Both the position numbers and the translations under genes were made by a program. Below are positions 1 through 9,121 of a stretch of DNA of 20,000 nt, one piece after another. The DNA is from Candidatus Thorarchaeota archaeon (GTDB lineage Archaea > Asgardarchaeota > Thorarchaeia > Thorarchaeales > Thorarchaeaceae), in the NCBI GenBank assembly GCA_021498125.1, contig JAIZWL010000002.1, positions 137,980-157,979 of the forward strand, in the 5' to 3' direction. Each line of letters starts with the position of its first letter. Positions within the stretch are counted from its first letter, which is position 1. The notes below the pieces were generated by a model that saw nothing but the letters and a program-made list of their open reading frames with translations, did not search any database and had not been told where the DNA came from.

Positions 1-173
1 GTAACCACTGCGTGTGTCATCCCGGCCTTGTAGCCGATGAAGCCAAGTAGTTTTGCAGCCGATCCATCATACTCTGGCCAATTCTTGATACGGGGCACGA
101 ACTTTGACGCTCGGCCGCGTGGCAGATACGCCAGACTGCCGCGTTTTGGTGCGTGTTTCTTTCTGTGTGCCAT
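1..173 (-). CDS. rpl3: Large ribosomal subunit protein uL3 (L3), N-terminal part; gene continues beyond window start
   Basis: Reverse-strand translation from the ATG at 173..171 reads [57 protein letters not shown]..., the characteristic archaeal/eukaryotic L3 N-terminus. It is absent from the ORF track because it is open at the window edge. Confidence 0.95.
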   Translation of the reverse strand, partial: MAHRKKHAPKRGSLAYLPRGRASKFVPRIKNWPEYDGSAAKLLGFIGYKAGMTHAVV

Positions 174-287
174 CTATAACACCACTTTTCCCGTATCGAA
201 CGGCCTATGGACTGGGCTATTCGTACTACAGTTGCCGACAACCAGAGGGTCTGCTTTTTAACATTGCCCTATTAACAAAAACGGATA

Positions 288-1145
288 TCAGAAATAACCG
301 GGACGCGCAACAAGATCACCAATGGAGGCATTCAGAAGACCGAGGCTGATCAGAATAGCCTCTTCTAATCGAACGGTCTCAGTTCCTTGCCCCGGAATCG
401 TGTTGACCCAGAGATCAGTCTCATCCTTTAGACCAGAACCGCCATCTACGAGAATATCAGATATGCCATGATGCGGACCACCAAATAGTGCAATTAGACT
501 ATGAGATGATCGGACAAGTGAAATGAGAGTTTCCTCAATTGAACTGAAGACCACTCCCTTTTTTGAAAAAGCAACCCGAGGCCGTGTGGGAGATTCGTTG
601 AGATAGCGGACAATATCATCAATGGCTACAACTTCGAAACCAAAATAGAAGTCTAGTGATGACCGGTCGATAATTTCGATTTTAACAGTTGGTTTAACAG
701 ATATGATACGGAATAGAGTGGGTCTCCGTTGATCCACTGATTTGTCGTAATCCACAGGCATGTCCAACCCAAGGTCAATCTTGCCGGGCTTGACTTGGAC
801 ACCCCAACGGACATCGCCCACCTGAAGATCATTAATAGATACAGACAGGGGATGACTACGGGTTCTCAGAGGTGGTAACATACCTACGTACTGCATCATA
901 GGGGATCTACCAAAGACACGCTTCCGAAGATACTGTGGTGTGTCCATATACTTCAAGAGCCGAAGTATCATGTGACGGTCATTTGGATTGTTGCCTAATC
1001 GTCCAGTGGAATACACCAGAACACGATCAACACGAAAGATTGCAAAAGCGCGAGCCATAGCTCCAATCTTTAGAGTCTTGTCACGAAGGCCTGTGCAATT
1101 CGTAAGTGAGGTATCAGGAATAGCTACTTCGAGCAAAGCATTCAT
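288..1145 (-). CDS. Putative SPOUT-superfamily RNA methyltransferase (DUF171/C9orf114-like)
   Basis: 285 aa ORF. It has family-like segments (VLVYSTGR, LLKYMDTPQYLRKRVF, LMPPLRTRSH-like, SLIALFGGPHHGI, NTIPGQGTETVRLEEAILISL) and sits just downstream of the L3 promoter-proximal end, a common archaeal arrangement. Confidence 0.85.
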   Translation of the reverse strand: MNALLEVAIPDTSLTNCTGLRDKTLKIGAMARAFAIFRVDRVLVYSTGRLGNNPNDRHMILRLLKYMDTPQYLRKRVFGRSPMMQYVGMLPPLRTRSHPLSVSINDLQVGDVRWGVQVKPGKIDLGLDMPVDYDKSVDQRRPTLFRIISVKPTVKIEIIDRSSLDFYFGFEVVAIDDIVRYLNESPTRPRVAFSKKGVVFSSIEETLISLVRSSHSLIALFGGPHHGISDILVDGGSGLKDETDLWVNTIPGQGTETVRLEEAILISLGLLNASIGDLVARPGYF

Positions 1146-1153
1146 CCTCGCAT

Positions 1154-1588
1154 CTAGAGGTCTAGAGTAAACCAGAGAGTCACCTTATCGGAAGATTCCT
1201 CGATTTTCATGTCAGCATAGGTCATTGCTTTGACTTCGGTATGGACATCATGCTTATCAAAATCAATAGCCTCGCCCCATATAGTGGCATCCAGGGTCCA
1301 CGGATCTCCGGACCTGATAGACCGTACTTGAAATTTAGAATAGAATTGACCGTGGATATCAATCAATGCAATCAACTGCCCAACCCATTCCACAAGCAGT
1401 TCTTGGAGATCGATTCCTTCCACATGGATATCGATCTTGTCTTTTGCATCGACTGTTGAGGTGTCAACAATAACATTGAATGATGCAAATGCAGCCTCCT
1501 CAAAAGCCTCCGCTAGTGTCGGCGCCCAGCATTCTATTGTAATATCAGCTGTATGCTCATGGAAACGGAATCCTCGCAGTTCGTTCAA
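1154..1588 (-). CDS. Archease (RtcB-associated protein), probable TTG start
   Basis: 144 aa ORF with FRFHEHTADITIECWAPTLAEAFEEAAFASFNVI and ...EVKAMTYADMKIEE, diagnostic of archease. Confidence 0.93.
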   Translation of the reverse strand: MNELRGFRFHEHTADITIECWAPTLAEAFEEAAFASFNVIVDTSTVDAKDKIDIHVEGIDLQELLVEWVGQLIALIDIHGQFYSKFQVRSIRSGDPWTLDATIWGEAIDFDKHDVHTEVKAMTYADMKIEESSDKVTLWFTLDL

Positions 1589-1674
1589 TGCACCGTCACC
1601 ATGAAGGCATTCACTCCAAGAAGCTTAAAAGCAGTTCTCAATGGAATCATTATGACCAACATCGAGGTCAAAAT

Positions 1675-1796
1675 GCCGAGGTAGCCAAGCCCGGACCACG
1701 GCGCTGGTCTTGAAAGATGCGTACATATTATGCATCAATAACAAGACAACCAGTGTGCAATTGCACGCGAGCGTTCAAATCGCTCCCTCGGCGCCA
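1675..1796 (+). tRNA. tRNA-Ser(TGA) with an intron (about 1715..1747) and an encoded CCA (1794..1796)
   Basis: Acceptor stem GCCGAGG (1675-1681)/CCTCGGC (1786-1792). D-stem GCC/GGC. Anticodon stem CTGGT (1704-1708)/ACCAG (1749-1753). Loop CT-TGA-A plus A after removal of 33 nt. Variable arm GTGC-AATT-GCAC (1755-1766). T-arm GAGCG-TTCAAAT-CGCTC (1769-1785). G73, then CCA. Confidence 0.92.
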
Positions 1797-1812
1797 TGTC
1801 TATCTTTTGAGA

Positions 1813-3414
1813 TTATAATTCACGTGCAAGATACGGCCCTAGGTCGGAGTATCCCTGTGCACGATAGTACTCCTTGACACCAATCCCGCTCAATACAAGA
1901 ATTCGATCCACACCCAGTTCGTCACACCCGATTCGTTCGGCCTCGCGTAAAAGGCGTTCACCAAGCCCTAGGTGCTGCCAAGCATCAGATCGACGCTCAC
2001 CGATATTGACGACTGGACCATAGACGCGAAGCTCGCGAATCAAAACACAGGGGGTCGATGCCACCTCAGAACGATGCGCATCAGCACTGGGTAGCCTTAA
2101 TCGAAGAAAACCAAACAAAACATCGGCGGCAGGATCTTCAAAAGAGAGAAACATCTCAGTACCACCTGCAGCCTCATAGTCACGTCTAACAAGCTGAATG
2201 TTAGTGGGATCGGCACGAGACCCTGTTCGCATCTCATAGTGACCCACTTCACGGTATCGGATCGTTGGGTTTCTCAATCCCAGACGAATCATCTCTCGAT
2301 GGACCAATTCACGTAGATTCCCACGATTCAGACCAGCCTCGATCTGGTGGAGAGGGATATCCCGCTGCATGCGCTGAATACGGACGTACTCAGGCATCCT
2401 GCTCACAGCACTCGCAACAAGAGAAACAATCTGTTCATTTGTATAAGGGGTGTACTCGCCATTTACCCACCAATCGTAGAGCTTGGTATTCTTAATCACC
2501 AATGTGGGGTAGATCTTCAGCATATCAGGACGGTAATCAGCGTCGGAAAACAATTGCTCAAAGACCTCGAGATCGGATTCAGGTGTGGCACCAGGAAGAC
2601 CCGGCATCATATGATAACAGATTTTGAGTCCACTATCGCGCAGTAGCTTGGTCGCCTCAATCGTTGCCTCAACACCATGACCACGTTGAACACGTTCAAG
2701 AATCTCATCAGAGAGCGTTTGCACACCAATCTCAACACGGGTCGCACCCATCTCGAGCATCTCATCAATAGAGGAGGTTGAGATCCAGTCGGGCCGCGTT
2801 TCAAAGGTCGTTCCAATGTTTCTGACAGATGCGGTCTCATTTAGACGCTTGGCAACCTCAAGATCCGAACTGACAGTACCATTCATTGCATCAAGACAGC
2901 CTTTGACGAACTCACGCCGATATTCCAAGTCCTTTGAACACCAGTCACCACCCATGACTATTAGCTCAACCTTTTGGACAGAGTGCCCAATCGTTCGAAG
3001 CTGATTCAGTCTACTGGTGACCTGATCATATGGGTCAAAGGCATTCTGGATACCTCGCATCGCCGCAGGCTCATAACCGGTATAACTTTGAGGGACGCCC
3101 AGATCAGGCCCTCCCGGACAATAGGCACATTTCCCATGAGGACAGGGAACAGGCTTGGTCATGACAGCAATGACGGCAACACCTGAGACCGTTCGTACTG
3201 GGCGTGTACGAAGCAGGGGACGAAGTATTTCGGCTTCTTCTGGAACAGCATATTCTAGAACGTCAGCATTAGTAGGGATCCGTGCGCGGTGAAACCTGCC
3301 GCAGACCTTGTTCTTTATCTGGTTGATTGTCTGTTTGGTGAGAGGCTCTACTGAATTGAGCAAGGCTTGGATTATTGCACGGTTGAGTTCATATTCTTCG
3401 TCATCGCTCGTCAA
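1813..3414 (-). CDS. elp3: Elongator-like tRNA uridine(34) 5-carboxymethyl modification enzyme, radical SAM/GNAT (Elp3)
   Basis: 533 aa ORF with the radical SAM cysteine cluster CPHGKCAYCPGGP, GTTFETRPDW, EIGVQTLSDEIL, KICYHMMPGLPG and a C-terminal GNAT region (HLGLGERLLREAERI...YRAQGYSDLGPYLAREL). Confidence 0.97.
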   Translation of the reverse strand: MTSDDEEYELNRAIIQALLNSVEPLTKQTINQIKNKVCGRFHRARIPTNADVLEYAVPEEAEILRPLLRTRPVRTVSGVAVIAVMTKPVPCPHGKCAYCPGGPDLGVPQSYTGYEPAAMRGIQNAFDPYDQVTSRLNQLRTIGHSVQKVELIVMGGDWCSKDLEYRREFVKGCLDAMNGTVSSDLEVAKRLNETASVRNIGTTFETRPDWISTSSIDEMLEMGATRVEIGVQTLSDEILERVQRGHGVEATIEATKLLRDSGLKICYHMMPGLPGATPESDLEVFEQLFSDADYRPDMLKIYPTLVIKNTKLYDWWVNGEYTPYTNEQIVSLVASAVSRMPEYVRIQRMQRDIPLHQIEAGLNRGNLRELVHREMIRLGLRNPTIRYREVGHYEMRTGSRADPTNIQLVRRDYEAAGGTEMFLSFEDPAADVLFGFLRLRLPSADAHRSEVASTPCVLIRELRVYGPVVNIGERRSDAWQHLGLGERLLREAERIGCDELGVDRILVLSGIGVKEYYRAQGYSDLGPYLAREL

Positions 3415-3521
3415 GGAAGAGTACCTCTACAGATCAATCACTTTACAGAAACACTGCTAATTGGATAGCTTTTTATTCACTCGGTTCAGGAACACATATT
3501 GAACGAACGAGGTAGAAAAAG

Positions 3522-3683
3522 ATGCCAGGTTCACACGGTTCTCTTACAAAGGCGGGTAAAGTTCGCGAGTCAACCCCAAAGGTACAGGGTCGCGAGCGCC
3601 ATACACCAATTCCACGCATCCGGAATAAAAGAAACTATGTCAAACGGTTCATTCGCGGACGCACAGTAGGTGTTCGCGCATAG
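3522..3683 (+). CDS. rps30e: Small ribosomal subunit protein eS30 (S30e), 53 aa
   Basis: ATG at 3522 gives MPGSHGSLTKAGKVRESTPKVQGRERHTPIPRIRNKRNYVKRFIRGRTVGVRA*. HGSL..AGKVR..TPKV matches the S30e signature and is followed by a basic tail. Upstream GAGGT (3508-3513) could act as a Shine-Dalgarno. It falls below the 60 aa cutoff of the ORF track. Confidence 0.9.
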   Translation: MPGSHGSLTKAGKVRESTPKVQGRERHTPIPRIRNKRNYVKRFIRGRTVGVRA

Positions 3684-3698
3684 ACGCAACATAGTCAG

Positions 3699-3718
3699 AC
3701 CACAGGCCAGCCTGTGGT
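3699..3718 (+). terminator. Perfect 8-bp hairpin ACCACAGG-CCAG-CCTGTGGT just after the S30e stop, followed by a T-rich tract
   Basis: Inverted repeat 3699-3706/3711-3718 with a 4-nt loop, then ...ATTCTTCTTTT, located 16 nt after the S30e stop. Confidence 0.45.
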
Positions 3719-3783
3719 TCGCCATTCTTCTTTTAGATAGTCGCGTGCTGAATCATGTCACGTGACACGTTAATGTCACATCA

Positions 3784-4617
3784 TCAAAAATTCTGTTTGA
3801 CACCCGTTGAATCACGGTGATAGTTACCAAACTCGGTAATGTTTCGTAACTGCTCTCCAGAGAACACAGGCCCATCTACACAGACAAGTTCCCCGGTAGG
3901 ATCTAGAGCACAGGTCCCGCAGAGCCCACAGCCACACTTCATATATCGTTCAAGAGAGGCCTGAAAACGAATATCATGATCCATAGCCATACGCCATAGG
4001 GCGACCATCATCGGTTCAGGTCCACATGTGTAAAGTGTATGAATATCTGATTCAGAGAGGACTTGCGCCACAGCCATTGTCACAAAACCTTTCATGCCAG
4101 CAGAACCATCATCTGTTGTTATTATGAGCCGAACCCCATCCCCTTCAAGCTGCTGCATCTCTTCAATGAAAAGAAGCTCGTCCTTAGTCCGAGCACCAAT
4201 AACAACCGTGATCTCTGTACCCAGTTCCACAAAGTGTTGAATCACCGGACGCAGTGGAGCAGTTCCAATACCCCCACCAACTATGAGAGGGGATGGACAA
4301 TCAAGATCAAAAGGGTGGCCAAAAGGTCCACGAATGCCAATCAGGTCATTATGCGCCAAGGAAACGATAGCCTTAGTTGCAGATCCGATGGGGCGAATGG
4401 TCAACCCAACAAGGCCATCCTGAAAATAGGAGATGCTGAGGGGAATCTCATCAACTTTCGACACCCAGACCATGAGAAATTGCCCTGGTGAAAAAGTCAT
4501 ATCCGGATCTTTGAAGAATATCGTACGATCATGGGCATTCTCTTTAACAATATTCACAATTTGGACAGACCGAGGGCCACCAGTCAAAGATTCGATGTTC
4601 ATCAAAGGTTCCTCCAT
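3784..4617 (-). CDS. pyrK: Dihydroorotate dehydrogenase electron transfer subunit (PyrK-like)
   Basis: 277 aa ORF with FSPGQFLMVW, GIRGPFGHPF, LIVGGGIGTAPLRPV, a C-terminal [2Fe-2S] cysteine cluster (CGCGLCGTCALDPTGELVCVDGPVF), and overlap with pyrD. Confidence 0.92.
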   Translation of the reverse strand: MEEPLMNIESLTGGPRSVQIVNIVKENAHDRTIFFKDPDMTFSPGQFLMVWVSKVDEIPLSISYFQDGLVGLTIRPIGSATKAIVSLAHNDLIGIRGPFGHPFDLDCPSPLIVGGGIGTAPLRPVIQHFVELGTEITVVIGARTKDELLFIEEMQQLEGDGVRLIITTDDGSAGMKGFVTMAVAQVLSESDIHTLYTCGPEPMMVALWRMAMDHDIRFQASLERYMKCGCGLCGTCALDPTGELVCVDGPVFSGEQLRNITEFGNYHRDSTGVKQNF

Positions 4618-5510
4618 GATAGACCTACTATATCTGATACCGAACTGAACCCCTCTTGTTGTAGATACTCGCTCACACCCATCTTAATTCGCTTGAAGAC
4701 ATCAAGTCCTTCAAGTACGGCTGTACCAATCTGAATGGCACTTGCACCCGCAAGATGCATCTCCACTGCATCCTGCCACGTTGCCACACCACCGACTCCA
4801 ATAATAGGAATGGAGAGTGCCCTAGACAGATCGAACACACAACGGAGGGCAATTGGGAATATTGGTGGGCCTGAAAGGCCACCAGTGATATTGCCTAATA
4901 CAGGAACTCTTTGATCAATATCAATACGCATTCCTCGAACGGTATTAATTGCAACAACTGCATCTGCACCGGCTTTTTCCGCAGCCATCCCAATCTGTAC
5001 GATGTCCGATGCGTTTGGAGTCAGTTTGGCAAAGACTGGACAATCAACAATGTCTTTTACGGCACGAACATAGTCGTGCGTAAGATTCGGATTATGTGCA
5101 ATCTGACTGATCTCGGCATGGGGACAGGAAAGATTGAGTTCAAGGGCAAGTGGGTCCAGTGTGAGAGCATGCTCGGCAACACGCTCAATATCATCAATAG
5201 TCGAGCCAAAGATGCTCAGGACGAAGGGAATCCCCCATTCCTTGAGAAGAGCCAATTCGTCCTTGAAGGCTTCAATGCCGGGATTAGTCAGGCCAACCGC
5301 ATTGAGAAGACCACCATGAGAAACCGTGATGATCGGACCAGGATGCCCTTTTCGCGGGTGAAACCCAATTGATTTTGTTACGACTACATCTGCCCCATTT
5401 TCGGCAATCCGACGCAGTATCGAGGCTGTTACCCCAAGTAGTCCAGAGGCAAGCCAATAGCCTTCAATCTTCAAAGTGCCACCTAGGATGTTATCAGCAC
5501 TTTGCCCCAT
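4602..5510 (-). CDS. pyrD: Dihydroorotate dehydrogenase catalytic subunit (PyrD)
   Basis: 302 aa ORF with [86 protein letters not shown]. Confidence 0.96.
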   Translation of the reverse strand: MGQSADNILGGTLKIEGYWLASGLLGVTASILRRIAENGADVVVTKSIGFHPRKGHPGPIITVSHGGLLNAVGLTNPGIEAFKDELALLKEWGIPFVLSIFGSTIDDIERVAEHALTLDPLALELNLSCPHAEISQIAHNPNLTHDYVRAVKDIVDCPVFAKLTPNASDIVQIGMAAEKAGADAVVAINTVRGMRIDIDQRVPVLGNITGGLSGPPIFPIALRCVFDLSRALSIPIIGVGGVATWQDAVEMHLAGASAIQIGTAVLEGLDVFKRIKMGVSEYLQQEGFSSVSDIVGLSWRNL

Positions 5511-5682
5511 TATAAGCTAAATGGAAGTACAATGAGTATAACATATTACAGTAGATTGTGAATTTCAGTAAATTTGGGAAATGATGCAAATACCGAAGCT
5601 ATTAGTGAGCACCATGGCAAGATTGAATAGAATCACAACGAGTATGAAACAAGACTCAAGTAGGTAGTCAGGTTTGAAGAGT

Positions 5683-6936
5683 ATGCAGGTTCATCTTGTC
5701 CCAACTATATTTGGTATTTTTATCCATGACAACAAGGGTGAGATCATCTTACATCACGTGATCTATCCCGATGTGAGTCTTGCAGTCACGGTCACAAGCA
5801 AGATCATGGAGGGGCATATAGTCACACCTCTTCAAGACCTGCTGAAACAGGCACAATCAGAGGGCTTTGAGTCGGTGATTGTGGAGAACCAGCATGTAGC
5901 GAGGGCAATCGAGGAACTGGGCACCGTGGCTGTAGTAATTGATGAACAATCACGGGATATCAAGATGTTCCGAAGCATGCTTGATGACATTCTTGTAAGA
6001 GAGAAGATCGTAGAGGATAGAACGCGAGTAAGTACATTCAGACACGATGTGGCTCTCCGCATTGCAAGAAGCAGGATATCTGAAGCAAGCAAGTCCCCAG
6101 ACTTGTTAGTCAAACATGCAATTGATGCAATTGGTGAAATAGACAAGAACATCAACATTCTCTCCATGCGGCTTAGGGAATGGTTCTCAATATTTAGACC
6201 ATCTCTAACTAGACTTGTCGAGGATCACAATCAATTTGCACAGGTCATCAAGACCATCAATAAGGGAGGCACTACAAAAGAAGACCTCCTTAAAATTGGA
6301 TTCGCGGATATGATTGCCGAGAAGATCAGCACATCATTCGAAACCGATATGGGTGCTCCACTTACTGGTGAAGATCTCATACCCCTGACACAACTAGCCG
6401 ACATGGTAAACAATCTTGTTGAAACACGTCAGAGAATGGAGGAGTATGTAAGCAGACTGATGCAGACGGTAGCACCGAATATTACAGCACTTGTAGGACC
6501 ACTTGTTGGCGCGCGACTCATCAGCATGGCGGGCTCACTCCTAGACCTCTCAAGAAAGACATCAAGTACAATTCAAGTCCTAGGAGCCGAGAAAGCACTC
6601 TTCAGAAGCCTGAAGACGGGGACTGCACCTCCAAAGCATGGTCTCATCTTTCAGGTTCCAGAGCTATATAGTGCACCCTATTGGCAGAGAGGTAAAATTG
6701 CGCGGGCCCTAGCTGGGAAGATATCAATTGCTGCCAAGATAGATGCATTCTCCGGACGCGATGCTGGTCAGATGCTTCGCGATGCATTTGAGAAACGTGT
6801 AAAGGAGATACGAACACAAAATCCGAATCCACCTCCACCCAAACCAACAGCTTCGATCCAAGGGCGGCAGGGTAGACAACGTAGCGGACGATCCAGACGA
6901 GGAAAATATGGACGAAGGAGGCCAAGCAAGCGATGA
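5683..6936 (+). CDS. nop5: C/D-box sRNP core protein Nop5/Nop56
   Basis: ORF track starts at a TTG (5674), but the ATG at 5683 is the likelier start. The Nop domain reads NITALVGPLVGARLISMAGSLLDLSRKTSSTIQVLGAEKALFRSLKTGTAPPKHGLIFQVPELYSAPYWQRGKIARALAGKISIAAKIDAF, followed by an R/G/K-rich tail. Confidence 0.97.
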   Translation: MQVHLVPTIFGIFIHDNKGEIILHHVIYPDVSLAVTVTSKIMEGHIVTPLQDLLKQAQSEGFESVIVENQHVARAIEELGTVAVVIDEQSRDIKMFRSMLDDILVREKIVEDRTRVSTFRHDVALRIARSRISEASKSPDLLVKHAIDAIGEIDKNINILSMRLREWFSIFRPSLTRLVEDHNQFAQVIKTINKGGTTKEDLLKIGFADMIAEKISTSFETDMGAPLTGEDLIPLTQLADMVNNLVETRQRMEEYVSRLMQTVAPNITALVGPLVGARLISMAGSLLDLSRKTSSTIQVLGAEKALFRSLKTGTAPPKHGLIFQVPELYSAPYWQRGKIARALAGKISIAAKIDAFSGRDAGQMLRDAFEKRVKEIRTQNPNPPPPKPTASIQGRQGRQRSGRSRRGKYGRRRPSKR

Positions 6937-7625
6937 GCGTTCTACCCACCTCATTTGGAGGGGTATTTAAAATAAAGGACAAAGACCGTGAATCGTTGGC
7001 CACAAGAAGTCTGGTCAAAAATCAGAGCGTCTATGGAGAGAAGGTCTTCGATATAGAGGACTATAGTTACAGATTGTGGTCCACTCGTAGATCAAAACTT
7101 GCAGCCGCCATAAAAAAGGGTCTCCACGAGTTGCCAATTCAACTAGGGTCTCATGTGCTCTATCTGGGTGCTGCATCAGGTACCACTGTCAGTCACATTT
7201 CAGACATCGTCGGGGAAGAGGGAGTCGTATACGCAGTGGAGTTTTCACCCATATCGGCGAGGGATTTGGTGTTTCTTGCCGAGTCGAGATCGAATATCAT
7301 CCCAATAGTTGATGATGCCCGACGCCCCACAAATTACACCTCAATAGTGACAGGTTCAATCGATGTGGTCTATCAAGATGTGGCGCAACCAGATCAGGCA
7401 AGAATCTTGTTCGATAATATACGAACCTTCTGCTCTCTTGGCGCATGGGCAATGATAGCAATCAAAGCACGAAGTATCGATTCTGTGTCAGAAACAAGAC
7501 AAGTGTTCGATAGAGAAGTGGGAAGTTTACAGGAGTCAGGATTGGATGTGATTGAGAGAGTCAATCTCACTCCGTATGAGCGAGATCATGAGATGGTACT
7601 ACTACGAGTCACGGAGGATCTGTGA
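6933..7625 (+). CDS. flpA: Fibrillarin-like rRNA/tRNA 2'-O-methyltransferase
   Basis: 230 aa ORF with HVLYLGAASGTTVSHISDIVGEEGVVYAVEFSP, RDL, IIPIVDDARRPTNY, DVVYQDVAQPDQ and NLTPYERDHEMVL. Overlaps nop5 by ATGA. Confidence 0.97.
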   Translation: MSVLPTSFGGVFKIKDKDRESLATRSLVKNQSVYGEKVFDIEDYSYRLWSTRRSKLAAAIKKGLHELPIQLGSHVLYLGAASGTTVSHISDIVGEEGVVYAVEFSPISARDLVFLAESRSNIIPIVDDARRPTNYTSIVTGSIDVVYQDVAQPDQARILFDNIRTFCSLGAWAMIAIKARSIDSVSETRQVFDREVGSLQESGLDVIERVNLTPYERDHEMVLLRVTEDL

Positions 7626-8083
7626 TGGGGTCATTTTTTGAACGTGTACTTGAGAGAGAGATAGATTCTATTAACGACCATTTACCATCTGAGAGCGTTC
7701 CTTTGGCGGAACTTGTGGACAGCGAACGCCCGAGTTATAAGACACGGGACGGAATAGACTCGCATTTTAGAAGAGAAGAGATCGAGTTCTTAGCCAATGA
7801 GACCCCTCAACAATTTCAGACAGACATCACTCTACCAATCGTGATCCTTCGCAGAATGGACCTGGGCAAAGGAATACATACTATTGCAGGAGGAAAAGCG
7901 ACACTATTCTTGATCCATCGAGTGCTAGGAGATGTTGACCTAGAATGGGAAGATTTGGCGCGGGTAAGACTGGACAATTCTTTTGCGCGTCTGCAGGTGC
8001 AAGTTATCCGAAGAAGACTCCCCACGACCACATGTATGGGGATTGTACATTCAGGTGCACACACTCGCAAATCTATGCAATAA
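7622..8083 (+). CDS. DUF61 / UPF0216-like protein of unknown function
   Basis: 153 aa ORF. The RxxxREIDSINDHLP...LAELVDSERPSYKTRDG..HFRREEIEFLAN pattern and ...RLPTTT resemble archaeal DUF61 proteins. Overlaps the fibrillarin gene end. Confidence 0.7.
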   Translation: MMGSFFERVLEREIDSINDHLPSESVPLAELVDSERPSYKTRDGIDSHFRREEIEFLANETPQQFQTDITLPIVILRRMDLGKGIHTIAGGKATLFLIHRVLGDVDLEWEDLARVRLDNSFARLQVQVIRRRLPTTTCMGIVHSGAHTRKSMQ

Positions 8084-8088
8084 TTACG

Positions 8089-8099
8089 ATATTTAAAAG
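8089..8099 (+). promoter_or_regulatory. Possible TATA element (ATATTTAAAAG) upstream of the HTH regulator
   Basis: AT-rich TATA-like box in the short intergenic region, about 60 nt before the ATG at 8162. Confidence 0.4.
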
Positions 8100-8161
8100 A
8101 ACATTATGCACTAACAGAATGCTGAAAAGCATTTGATAGGTTGAATAAAGAGGTAATCACG

Positions 8162-9121
8162 ATGACCAGAGCCCGTAACCAACTGATTGAGGAGGTCTCA
8201 ACTCAATTAGAGGAGGCTGGGTTCAATCTGTCATCGTCCTGTGATGTGAGACCCAGCTGTTTTGATCTTGTTGCACGAAGGGGCGACCAACTGGTCCTAA
8301 TAAAGATCCTAAACAATATTGATGCCTTGACAAAAGAAGATGCACAAGCTCTACAGATGGTTGCACAATTCTTTGATGCAATACCACTTGTAATTGGGGT
8401 CAAGACCAGAAGGGGCACATTGGAACCGGATATTGTGTACAAGAGGTATGGAGTACCGACTATTACCCCGGTCAGTCTTCAGAGAATTATAGCAGAGAAA
8501 GACCTGCCAAAGGAGTATGTCCAACGCGGTGGGCGGTTCGTAGCAATTGATGGGTCCAAGCTTCGAGAGATCAGGACTGAACGGAGAATCACACAACAGG
8601 AGCTAGCAGAGTGTGTACAAGTTTCTGCAAGAGCCATTCTAGCATACGAGCGCGATGAAATGGATGTAAGCTCGGATGTTGCCGAACGTCTTGAGAAAGT
8701 TCTTGAAACAGACCTGATCATTCCTATTGATGTACTTCGTGAAAAGGCCCAAGCCCAATTGACTCAATCAATGCCAATTGACTCCATATCAGACCTAGAG
8801 AAACGAGTCAACGAGTTCTTCGAGCGCTTAGGAATGAGTGTTTTATGGACTGATCGAGCACCATTCCATGTTGCTGCAAAAGAAGATGGGCCACCTCTGA
8901 TGTCAGGTGTAGGGTCTTTGAGAAGCTGGGCATTGAAAAAACGGGTCGAGATAATCAAGAGCGTTTCAAAGGTCACTGAGGCTAATGCAGTTCTCATTGT
9001 CGAAGAGGGAAAGTCAGAAGAGTGCGTATCAGATGTACCAGTCATCCGGCAACTGGAATTGTCCGAGATCGAGAAACCTCGTGAATTAAAGAAGATAATC
9101 TCGGAACGTGCTGAACACTAG
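8162..9121 (+). CDS. Archaeal putative HTH-type transcriptional regulator (N-terminal nuclease-like region plus XRE HTH)
   Basis: The ORF track begins at a TTG (8141), but the in-frame ATG at 8162 is preferred. Contains SSCDVRPSCFDLVARRGDQLVLIKILNNIDAL and the HTH LREIRTERRITQQELAECVQVSARAILAYERDEMD. Confidence 0.85.
   Translation: MTRARNQLIEEVSTQLEEAGFNLSSSCDVRPSCFDLVARRGDQLVLIKILNNIDALTKEDAQALQMVAQFFDAIPLVIGVKTRRGTLEPDIVYKRYGVPTITPVSLQRIIAEKDLPKEYVQRGGRFVAIDGSKLREIRTERRITQQELAECVQVSARAILAYERDEMDVSSDVAERLEKVLETDLIIPIDVLREKAQAQLTQSMPIDSISDLEKRVNEFFERLGMSVLWTDRAPFHVAAKEDGPPLMSGVGSLRSWALKKRVEIIKSVSKVTEANAVLIVEEGKSEECVSDVPVIRQLELSEIEKPRELKKIISERAEH

Noticed and set aside
17-349. ORFs 17..241 -, 37..261 + and 104..349 +
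   Set aside because: They overlap the real uL3 N-terminus, which is in a different reverse frame, and its leader. Their translations show no family signal.
5511-5682. Possible C/D sRNA in the pyrD-nop5 divergent spacer (AATGATGC...)
   Set aside because: No acceptable D or D' box at the expected distances. Treated as an ordinary divergent promoter region.
6724-7018. Minus-strand ORFs 6644..7018 and 6724..6954
   Set aside because: Shadow ORFs over the nop5/fibrillarin junction, where the + strand coding is unambiguous.
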